NCBI GenBank assembly: GCA_963761335.1
Contig: CAVXGR010000021.1
Location: 160,001-224,000 of the forward strand
DNA: 64,000 nt
DNA from: an uncultured delta proteobacterium
GTDB lineage: Bacteria; Desulfobacterota; Binatia; HRBIN30; BPIQ01
Reading direction: 5' to 3'
The notes below the pieces were generated by a model. That model ran no database searches. It was not told the DNA's origin and saw only the letters and a program-made list of their open reading frames with translations. This document shows positions 1-8,000 of this stretch, piece by piece. The translations under genes were made by a program, and so were the position numbers. Each line of letters begins with the position of its first letter. Positions within the stretch are counted from its first letter, which is position 1.

Positions 1-2164
1 AAGGCGGTACTACTGGCCGTTCCTCTGATCCTCATCTTCTCGCAGCCCGGGCGCGCCCTGCCGATACTCGGAGGGGATCAGTTACTCGAGCCAGATTCTG
101 GGTGGCTGCAGCGATCCGCTCACCTGTGTTCTCGATTCCACGAACGCCACGGCGCACCTGAACGCCGAGGAAACGAATCGCTACACGCTGGCCTTCGGCC
201 TCAATGTCAACGCCGACGCCGGCTTTCTGGGGACCGCCGTTGAAGCGGAAGCCGCGAAGTACACCGTGGATTTCACCGTCACCGCCGTCAACTACGAAGT
301 GACCATCACCGCTCGCCGCGTCGGCGTCCTCCGCCGCAGCGCGGATGATCCTCCCTGTGGTGGCACAGTGACCCTCATGGAGATGGCCGCCCCGACCCTG
401 GTCCTCAACGGCGGCGCCGCGTCAATAAGCCTTAAGGAGGTCGTCTTTCCCGAGGCAGTCGATCGCCGACGGCGGCAGTACAGTGGACCAGGGGGTAAGC
501 GGCGAGCAGTCGGCGACGGTCCGGTATGGCAACATGCCCACGCCGAGTCACTTTTCTCTCAGCTTCGTCATGAGCGCCGTGGCAGTCAGCAGCTCGTGCG
601 AGGTGTCGGCCCGCTTGGGCGCTCCCAATGGGGGGACCTCCGGCTGCAGTGCCTGCGACTATCCCGGTGACGGAAACCGCGACATCGGCGCCGACGGGCT
701 GTTCGTCGAAATCACCGCCGTCGACCTCGATGCGGCGACGGGGTGGTGGAGCCTCCAGAGCAGATTTTTAATGAGATTAGAGAGATGATAGAATCTGTGG
801 GGCTCGGTTCTTCCCCTCCGTGGACCGTACGAGCTCTGACTGGAAGTAGTGGGCTCTGTCCGCCCGATCTCAAGTCGCCGGCAGGAACAGCGTGCGATTC
901 TGATGGCGATCCCTGTACCGAGGACCAGTGCAACGCCAGCGGACAGTGCCTGCATACGCAGATTCCGGGGCCGTGTCCGGAACGCTGCGGCAACGGGCAG
1001 GTCGATCCCGGCGAGGACTGCGACCTCGGCAAGATATCCAACGGCGACCCGAGCAACTGCTGCGACGCGACCTGCAAGTATCGCTCGAACGGCTCGTCCT
1101 GCACCGACGGTCTGTTCTGCAACGGCGACGAGAGCTGCACCGACGGCGTCTGCGCCGCATCGGTCGGCGACCCGTGCAGCGGGCTCGGGAGCTGTGCGGT
1201 CTGCGACGAGGCCAACAACCTCTGCGACACCTCGGCGTGCGCGACCACGCCGACGCCCACGCCGACGGCGCCGGCCGCCGGCACGGGGACTCCGACACCT
1301 ACGACCGCGAGCGCGCCGACAGGCGGTCTGCCGCTGCAGCCGACGCGGGAGCTCCTCATCGGCGAGGTCTTCGACGGCGACGGGGTTCGCTTCGACACCA
1401 GCGCCGCAGGCAGAGTGCGCGGCACCCTCGACCTCGACGCCAACGGCGACCTGCGCTTCACCGCCGCCGATCTGGCGCGCCTGCCGCGCTGCGAGGCCGA
1501 TGCGCTTCTGATCGGCGGTGTCTGCATCGACAAGGACGAGGCGAGTGTGTGGAGCAACCCGCCCGGCTCGGCGTCGATGGGAACGCAGTACGGGCTGAGC
1601 GACGCCGATTACCCGTGCGCCGGGGACGGGCAGGACTGCCACGAGCAGATCTACGCGCGCAGCCTCGCGGGGGTGACCCCGTCGGCGTACATCACCTGGC
1701 TGCAGGCGCAGCAGGCGTGTGCCAACATCGGCAAGCGGCTGCCGACCAACGCCGAATGGCAGAGAGCGGCAGCAGGCACACCGGATACGGGCGGCTCCGA
1801 CAACGGCACGACCGACTGTGCCACCGACGACGGAGGCGTCCAGTCGACCGGATCGCGGTCGGGCTGCGTATCGAAGTGGGGCACTTACGACATGGTTGGA
1901 AACGTGTGGGAGCTGGTCGCCGACTGGATGCCGGTGTCGACCGTCTGCCCCGGATGGCAGCTTGGGAGCGACGACGACATGTGTCTGTCGGGGGCGAGTC
2001 TCGTCGCGAACTACCCGGGGGCGCTGATTCGCGGCGGCGCCGCCGGCTTTGGCGCCGCCGCCGGCCCGCTGGCCGTACGCGCCGACTTCGCCGGACCCGG
2101 AAACTATGCCGGGGCCATCGGCTTCCGCTGCGCGCGGGCACGCGAGGTGATTCATGGACAATGA
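1..2164 (+). pseudogene. Frameshifted secreted multidomain protein: signal peptide, beta-rich N-domain, Cys-rich repeats, TP linker, C-terminal FGE/C-type-lectin-fold domain (5' end outside window)
   Basis: Signal-like KAVLLAVPLILIFSQPGRA in frame 1. Coherent coding continues in frame 2 (~77-455), frame 3 (~458-730, ...GCSACDYPG...), then frame 2 from CGDGVVEPPEQ into ORF 743-2164 (CGNGQVDPGEDCD, TPTPTPT, YDMVGNVWE, GFRCAR). Frameshifts may be sequencing errors. Confidence 0.7.
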
Positions 2165-2945
2165 CGTGAGACCGAGTCGCTTTCGATGTCGCCTCGCCGT
2201 AGGCGCGCTCGCCTTTTCGTTGGCCGCGGTCACCTCCTCTTTCGCCATCTGTGCGGACGACGCCGTCCTCGTCGGGGGCACCATCTGCGTCGACAGGTAC
2301 GAGGCGAGCGTGTGGAGTCAGCCCCCGGGCGGCGCCGACAAGGGGACCGAGTACGGCGTGGCCGTCGACGACTACCCGTGCGGCGATAGCGGCCAGGACT
2401 GCGACAACATCTTCGCCGCCAGCCGCGCCGGGGAGATCCCGTCGGGAAACATCACCTGGTTCCAGGCCCAGCAGGCGTGCGCCAATGTCGGCAAGCGACT
2501 GCTGACCAATGCCGAGTGGCAGCTCGCAGTGGCGGGGACGCCGGACACCGGAGGCTCCGACAACGGCACGACCGACTGCAACACCAAGGATCTCGCCGGC
2601 GGCACGGGCGGCGGGCGCGGCGTATCGCTGCGGACGGCGACGCCCGCGGGGTCGCGCTCGGGCTGCGTGTCGAGGTGGGGAGTGTACGACATGGTGGGCA
2701 ACGTTTTCGAATGGGTGGCGGATTGGGTGCCGCGCGCGGCCCTCTGCGTGGGGTGGGGCGATTTCAGCGACGACTTCATGTGCTACGCCGGGGCAAGTGG
2801 GGCAGCGGGTCAGGCCGGCGCGCTCCTCCGGGGCGGCTCCCGCGGCTCTCGCGAGAAGGCGGGGCCGCTCACCATCCAGGGCGAGTTTGGCTCGCTCTCT
2901 TTTGAGCACGAGTTCGGCTTTCGCTGCGCTCGACCGACGAGCTGA
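2154..2945 (+). CDS. Secreted FGE-sulfatase (SUMF1)/C-type-lectin-fold protein
   Basis: Signal peptide; CVDRYEAS, RLLTNAEW, YDMVGNVFEW, RGG, GFRCAR motifs; GAGG RBS; overlaps upstream gene by 11 nt. Confidence 0.9.
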   Translation: MDNDVRPSRFRCRLAVGALAFSLAAVTSSFAICADDAVLVGGTICVDRYEASVWSQPPGGADKGTEYGVAVDDYPCGDSGQDCDNIFAASRAGEIPSGNITWFQAQQACANVGKRLLTNAEWQLAVAGTPDTGGSDNGTTDCNTKDLAGGTGGGRGVSLRTATPAGSRSGCVSRWGVYDMVGNVFEWVADWVPRAALCVGWGDFSDDFMCYAGASGAAGQAGALLRGGSRGSREKAGPLTIQGEFGSLSFEHEFGFRCARPTS

Positions 2946-2982
2946 TCCGATGGCCAGCGAAGAGCAGCACGGAGACGAACAC

Positions 2983-3804
2983 ATGGAGAACGAGAGGGCT
3001 GGCATGGCGGCCATCGGGATGCCGGCCGTCCACCGCCTGCGCCGGCTCGCCGTGGGCGCCGCCGTGTTGCTGGCGGTGCTCGGCTTGGCGTCTGCCGAGG
3101 CGTCCGCGGCCTGTGCCGACGACGCCGTGCTCGTCGGCGGTCTCTGCGTCGACAAGTACGAGGCGAGCGTGTGGAGCAATCCGCCCGGGGGCGCGCCGGG
3201 GACACAGTACGGCATCGACAACACGAGATATCCGTGCAGTCTCACCGGCGAGAACTGCGACCAGATCTATGCCGCCAGTTTGGAAGGGGTGACGCCGTCG
3301 CAGGAAATCACCTGGTTCCAGGCGCAGCAGGCCTGCGCCAACGTCGGCAAGCGTCTGCTGACCAACGCCGAGTGGCAGATGGCGGCGGCGGGCACGCCGG
3401 ACACCGGCGGCGCCGACGACCACACGAGCACCTGCAACACGGACAACACCGCAGGGATCACTGTGGTGCCTTCCGGGTCGCGGGCCGCCTGCGTCTCCGC
3501 CTGGGGCGCCTACGACATGGTGGGCAACCTCTGGGAGTGGACGGCGGACTGGGTGCTGCGCTCCGATAGCTGTCCCGGATGGGCTGGGTTCAGCGACGAT
3601 CTGATGTGCTTCGCGGGAGCCGACACGACCGTGCCTGTGCCGGGGAGCAGCAGTGCCAGTCAGGCCGGACCCGGCGCCCTCCTGCGCGGCGGCGCCTTCA
3701 CGACCAATGCGGGCGCCGGTCCCCTGGCGATCAGTGGTCTCGAGGCGCCGACCGAGCCGATCGCCTACGGCACCGGCCTCGGATTCCGCTGCGCTCGCCC
3801 ATAG
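2983..3804 (+). CDS. Secreted FGE-sulfatase (SUMF1)/C-type-lectin-fold protein
   Basis: GGAGA RBS before ATG 2983 (alternative start 2950); signal peptide; same motif set as upstream paralogs. Confidence 0.9.
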   Translation: MENERAGMAAIGMPAVHRLRRLAVGAAVLLAVLGLASAEASAACADDAVLVGGLCVDKYEASVWSNPPGGAPGTQYGIDNTRYPCSLTGENCDQIYAASLEGVTPSQEITWFQAQQACANVGKRLLTNAEWQMAAAGTPDTGGADDHTSTCNTDNTAGITVVPSGSRAACVSAWGAYDMVGNLWEWTADWVLRSDSCPGWAGFSDDLMCFAGADTTVPVPGSSSASQAGPGALLRGGAFTTNAGAGPLAISGLEAPTEPIAYGTGLGFRCARP

Positions 3805-3807
3805 TTC

Positions 3808-3833
3808 CCTGGGAGCGCGGCCATCCTGGCCGC
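3808..3833. repeat. Short REP-like hairpin (CCTGGGAGC-GCGGCCA-TCC-TGGCCGC)
   Basis: 7-bp GC stem immediately after the stop codon. Confidence 0.45.
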
Positions 3834-3933
3834 AGCGCGGCACGGATCAGCCCCAACGCAACACTTCGAGCCGCCCGTTTCATTGACAGCGCGCCAGAAG
3901 CGTCGCAGAACGGATTCCAGCGGTTCGATCGAT

Positions 3934-4842
3934 ATGCTGGACACCCGTACCCCCGCACTGAAGAAGCTCTCTCCGGAGGAGAGGCGACAGTTCGACACCG
4001 CGGGATACGTCTTTCCGCTGCCAATCCTCTCCGACCAAGAGGTGGCCGTCTATCGCGAGCATCTGCGCAACTTTCTCGCCGGTCCGGACTGGCCGATCAC
4101 GACCCGCAGCCGCAACAAGCCGCATCTCTATCTCAAGTGGGTCGGCGATCTGGTTCGGCACCCTGTGCTGCTCGACGCGGTGGAGGACATCCTCGGTCCC
4201 GACCTGCTCATCTGGCAATGCCGGCTGTATTTCAAGCCGACGACGACGTCGGTTGTCCCGTGGCACTGCGATACCCAGTTCGGTGAGTTGAGCAGCGATG
4301 AGGTCGTCGCTGCCTGGATCGCGCTCACCGACAGCCGGCCAGAAAATGGCGGCCTCCAGTTCGAGCCGGGCTCGCACCTCCACAACGCCAAGATCACCCG
4401 CCGCGGTGCGCTGCCCTCCGGTCCCGCGGTAGGCATCGACGTGGTTCTCCGCCCGGGAGAGGCCTCGCTGCACGACGTGCGCACCACACATCGCTCGGGT
4501 GCCAACCGCACCGCGGAGCCCCGCTGTGGGATCGTGGTCCGCTACATCCCGGCGCGGCTGCGCCCGTGTCGCCGCGGGGCGGCGGCGACCCTGGTCCGTG
4601 GCACCGTGCCCGACAACCGTTTCGCGCTCGAGCCGGCGCCGCGATTCGACCGCGATCCGGTTGCTCTCGTCTGGCACTCCCGCGCCCTGCGCGAACGCCG
4701 GCGAGAGATTCTGCGTTCGGTGCTGCGAAACCCACGAGACAGATTCGTCGTCACGCTGAAATTCCTCCGCGAGAAACTCCGACAAGGGCGCGGGCAGTCG
4801 GTGCTCGAAGGCGCAGATCGTGGATCGAGCGGTGAGCCGTAA
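3934..4842 (+). CDS. Phytanoyl-CoA dioxygenase (PhyH) family Fe(II)/2-oxoglutarate enzyme
   Basis: DAVEDILGPDLL, WHCD (HxD), WIALTD..ENGGL, HRSGAN..R; start uncertain (3883 or 3934). Confidence 0.88.
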   Translation: MLDTRTPALKKLSPEERRQFDTAGYVFPLPILSDQEVAVYREHLRNFLAGPDWPITTRSRNKPHLYLKWVGDLVRHPVLLDAVEDILGPDLLIWQCRLYFKPTTTSVVPWHCDTQFGELSSDEVVAAWIALTDSRPENGGLQFEPGSHLHNAKITRRGALPSGPAVGIDVVLRPGEASLHDVRTTHRSGANRTAEPRCGIVVRYIPARLRPCRRGAAATLVRGTVPDNRFALEPAPRFDRDPVALVWHSRALRERRREILRSVLRNPRDRFVVTLKFLREKLRQGRGQSVLEGADRGSSGEP

Positions 4843-5743
4843 ATCAGCAGGAGCGGGAATCCTCTCTGCGGCAGAGGTGGATCAGTACTGGCGAGACGGC
4901 TATCTCTTCCCGATTCCCGTGCTCTCCACCGTCGAGGTCGAGCACTATCGGCGCCAGATGGATGTGCTCATCCGCCGCCACGGCTGGCCGTTGGATCCGC
5001 GGTGCCGCCACAAGCCGCACCTGCACCTGCACTGGGTCAGCGAGCTGGCCCGACATCCGCGGATTCTGGATGCGGTGCAGGACATCCTCGGGCCGGACCT
5101 GCTGCTGTTCAACTCGTGGTTCTTCGTCAAGCCCGCGAACGACGCGAGCGAGATCGCCTGGCACCGCGACTCCGTGTACGGACTGGTGGAGAACGACGAG
5201 GGCGTCACCGCATGGGTGGCGCTCACCGACAGCACACCCGAGAATGGCTGCGTGCAGTTCGCCGCCGGCACGCATCGCGATGCGGCCTCGACGAACGGCA
5301 ACGAATTCCTCCGCGGCGAGGCAGTGGCAAAAGCGCCGGAGGGGCGAACGGCGCAGGCGATCATCTTCGCCGGACAGATGTCGCTCCATCACGTGCGCGT
5401 GATTCACGCCTCGGACGGTAATCGCACCGCTGGCATGCGGGCCGCCGTCGCGCTGCGTTACCTGGGCGGCCGCACGGAGCCGCGCAAGCAGGGGCAGCAG
5501 GCGACCTTGGTGCGGGGAACGCTCTCCGCCAGCTACGCCCTCGAGGCGCTGCCGGGGCGGGACGATGACCCGGCGGCGATGGCGTGGCATGCGCGCTCCT
5601 TTCGCCGGCACTCGCTCGAGCTTTTGCGCCAGGCGCTGCGCCGGCCATCGCGCTTCACGCGGGCGCTGCGCATACTCACTCGACCCGCCAACCTGCGCGC
5701 CGCGGCCTATTCCGTGCTGCGCTGGTCGCTTCGCGGCCCGTGA
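4832..5743 (+). CDS. Phytanoyl-CoA dioxygenase (PhyH) family Fe(II)/2-oxoglutarate enzyme
   Basis: DAVQDILGPDLL, WHRD, WVALTD..ENGC, HASDGNR..R; overlaps upstream paralog. Confidence 0.88.
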   Translation: MSRKSAGAGILSAAEVDQYWRDGYLFPIPVLSTVEVEHYRRQMDVLIRRHGWPLDPRCRHKPHLHLHWVSELARHPRILDAVQDILGPDLLLFNSWFFVKPANDASEIAWHRDSVYGLVENDEGVTAWVALTDSTPENGCVQFAAGTHRDAASTNGNEFLRGEAVAKAPEGRTAQAIIFAGQMSLHHVRVIHASDGNRTAGMRAAVALRYLGGRTEPRKQGQQATLVRGTLSASYALEALPGRDDDPAAMAWHARSFRRHSLELLRQALRRPSRFTRALRILTRPANLRAAAYSVLRWSLRGP

Positions 5744-5807
5744 TCTGCGGTCACGCCCATCCGCTCGCGCTTCAACATCCACACCATCAATAGCCCACCC
5801 CCTTTTC

Positions 5808-8000
5808 TCAGACGTACATCGTCGAGACGTACTCGCGCAGCATGCGCTCGGCAGTGAAGCGGGGAATGACGGTTTGCATCGAGCGCTTGACGCGCTGCAG
5901 CCAGGCGCGAGGCACGCCGTCGGCGTCCCGCTGGTAGAAGAGCGGGATGACCTGCTGCTCGACGAGATCGAAGAGAGCCGCGGCGTCATGGTCGTCCTGG
6001 ACGTTGGCATCGGCGGCGGGCGAGGCAATCGCCCAGCCGTTGTCGCCGTCGTAGGCTTCTTCCCACCAGCCGTCGAGGACGCTCAGGTTGAGGCCGCCGT
6101 TGAGGGCGACCTTCATGCCGCTGGTGCCGCTCGCCTCGAGCGGTGGCCGCGGCAGGTTGAGCCAGAGATCGACGCCAGCGATGATGCGCGGCGCCATGTG
6201 CAGGTCGTAGTTCTCCAGGAAGGCGACGTGCTCGCCGACCAGCGGCGCGCTCTTCAGCTGGAAGAACCCGTGTAGGGCGTTCTTTGCCTCCTGATCCTGT
6301 GGATGCGCCTTGCCGGCGACCACCAGCTGGATCGGCGTCTGCTCGCTGCGCAGCAGGGCCAGCGCCCGTTCCGGATTGCGCACCAGGAGGTAGAAGCGCT
6401 TGTAGGTGGCGACGCGGCGCGCGAAGCCGATGGTGAGCACCGCCGGGTCGAAGGTGCGCGCCGCCTCCTCGACGTACGCCGGCGTCTCGCCGCGGCCGAG
6501 CCGATCGTAGACGGAGCGCTCACGCACGTAGTCGACGAGCGCCCGTCGCTGCTCGCAGCGGACCTTCCACAGGTCCTCGTCGGGGATGGCGCCGAGCTGC
6601 TGCCGCAGCCCCGGATCCGACAGCCGTCGCCGCCAGCCCTCGCCGAGATTGCGGTCGAGAAGTGTCTGCATCGGTGCCGCCATCCAGGTGGTGGTGTGCA
6701 CACCGTTGGTCACGTAGCCGATCGGCACGTCGGCGGCCGCCCGATCCGGCCACATCGGTTGCCACATGGCGCGCGCTACCTCGCCGTGGCGCCGGGAGAC
6801 GGCGTTGGCGGCGCGGCTGGTGTGCAGCGCCAGCGGCGTGATGTTGGCGGCGGCGCTGTGGTCTCCCGGCGACACCCGCCCGAGATCGTAGAAGATGCTG
6901 CGCGGCACCCCTAGGTGGTCGATGAAGGAGCCGAGCACCGGCTCGATCTCCTGCTCGAGATAGCCCTCGTTGCCGGCCGCGACCGGGGTGTGGGTGGTGA
7001 ACACCGTCTGGCTGCGGACGTGCTCGAGAGCCTCCTCGACGGGGACGCCGCCTTTCAGCATCTGCCGCAGGCGCTCGAGGCTGCTGAGCGCCGCGTGCCC
7101 TTCGTTGAGGTGGACCAGGCTCGGCCGGATACCGAGCGCCTCGAGGGCGCGCACGCCGCCGATACCGAGAACGGCGTACTGGGCCAGACGCGTGTGGCGA
7201 TCGCCGACATAGAGGCGGGAGGTGATCCAGCGATCGATCGGATGATTGTCGTCGCAGTCGGTGTCGAGGAGGTAGAGCGGCACGCGGCCGACATCCACGC
7301 GCCATATCTGAATCCGGATCTCGCGCCCGCGGATGACCACCTGAACGCTGAGCGGTTCACCGCCAGCACCAGTGACCGGCACCACCGGCAGCCGGCTGTA
7401 GTCCGTCTTGACCCAGTACTCATGTTGCCAGCCGGTGACGTCCAGGCGTTGCGAGAAGTAGCCCTGGCGGTAGAGGAGGCCGACGCCGACCATGGGCACG
7501 GCCAGGTCGGAGGCCGCCTTCAGCAGGTCGCCGGCGAGAATCCCGAGGCCGCCGCCGTAGAGCGGCAGCGAGCAATGGACCCCGAACTCGCTGCAGAAGT
7601 AGGCGACCGGGGTCTGCGGCGGGATGCCGGCGAAGGGTGCGCGGCGCAGGTCATCGTCGAGAGCCCGGGTCGCGGCCGCGACCCGGGAGATGTACTCGTC
7701 GCGCGCGACCAGCCGTCGCAGCCGATGCGGTGCGGTTCCCTCGATGACGTGGCGCGGGTTGCACTCGCTGTGCCGCCAGAGCTCGGGATCGATGTCGCGG
7801 AAGAGCCCGGCGCCGCCGGCTGTCCATGCCCAGCGATAGTTGTAGGCGAGCCGGGCGACCGGGGCGAGCGGAGGTGGAAGCCACTCGGCGAGCTCTGCCA
7901 CGGCGCGCTCCACGTCGCGCCTCCCATCGCGAGAAGAGAGGGGTTGAGGTGTTGCGGTGTTGGGTGTTGAGGACGAACCTTTCATCCGCAAGTACTTCAA
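5808..8000 (-). CDS. glgP: Alpha-glucan (glycogen/maltodextrin) phosphorylase
   Basis: YFCSEFG, GGLGILAGD, HLNEGH, FTTHTPV, FARRVATYKR, EASGTSGMK PLP-lysine motif; true start probably nearer 7913-7935. Confidence 0.93.
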   Translation of the reverse strand: MKYLRMKGSSSTPNTATPQPLSSRDGRRDVERAVAELAEWLPPPLAPVARLAYNYRWAWTAGGAGLFRDIDPELWRHSECNPRHVIEGTAPHRLRRLVARDEYISRVAAATRALDDDLRRAPFAGIPPQTPVAYFCSEFGVHCSLPLYGGGLGILAGDLLKAASDLAVPMVGVGLLYRQGYFSQRLDVTGWQHEYWVKTDYSRLPVVPVTGAGGEPLSVQVVIRGREIRIQIWRVDVGRVPLYLLDTDCDDNHPIDRWITSRLYVGDRHTRLAQYAVLGIGGVRALEALGIRPSLVHLNEGHAALSSLERLRQMLKGGVPVEEALEHVRSQTVFTTHTPVAAGNEGYLEQEIEPVLGSFIDHLGVPRSIFYDLGRVSPGDHSAAANITPLALHTSRAANAVSRRHGEVARAMWQPMWPDRAAADVPIGYVTNGVHTTTWMAAPMQTLLDRNLGEGWRRRLSDPGLRQQLGAIPDEDLWKVRCEQRRALVDYVRERSVYDRLGRGETPAYVEEAARTFDPAVLTIGFARRVATYKRFYLLVRNPERALALLRSEQTPIQLVVAGKAHPQDQEAKNALHGFFQLKSAPLVGEHVAFLENYDLHMAPRIIAGVDLWLNLPRPPLEASGTSGMKVALNGGLNLSVLDGWWEEAYDGDNGWAIASPAADANVQDDHDAAALFDLVEQQVIPLFYQRDADGVPRAWLQRVKRSMQTVIPRFTAERMLREYVSTMYV

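Noticed and set aside
1490..3930. Complete DGR cassette
   Set aside because: No reverse transcriptase, Avd or AAY-rich template repeat is visible in the window
3934..5743. SyrB2-type halogenases
   Set aside because: Both retain HxD rather than HxA/G, and no carrier-protein genes are nearby
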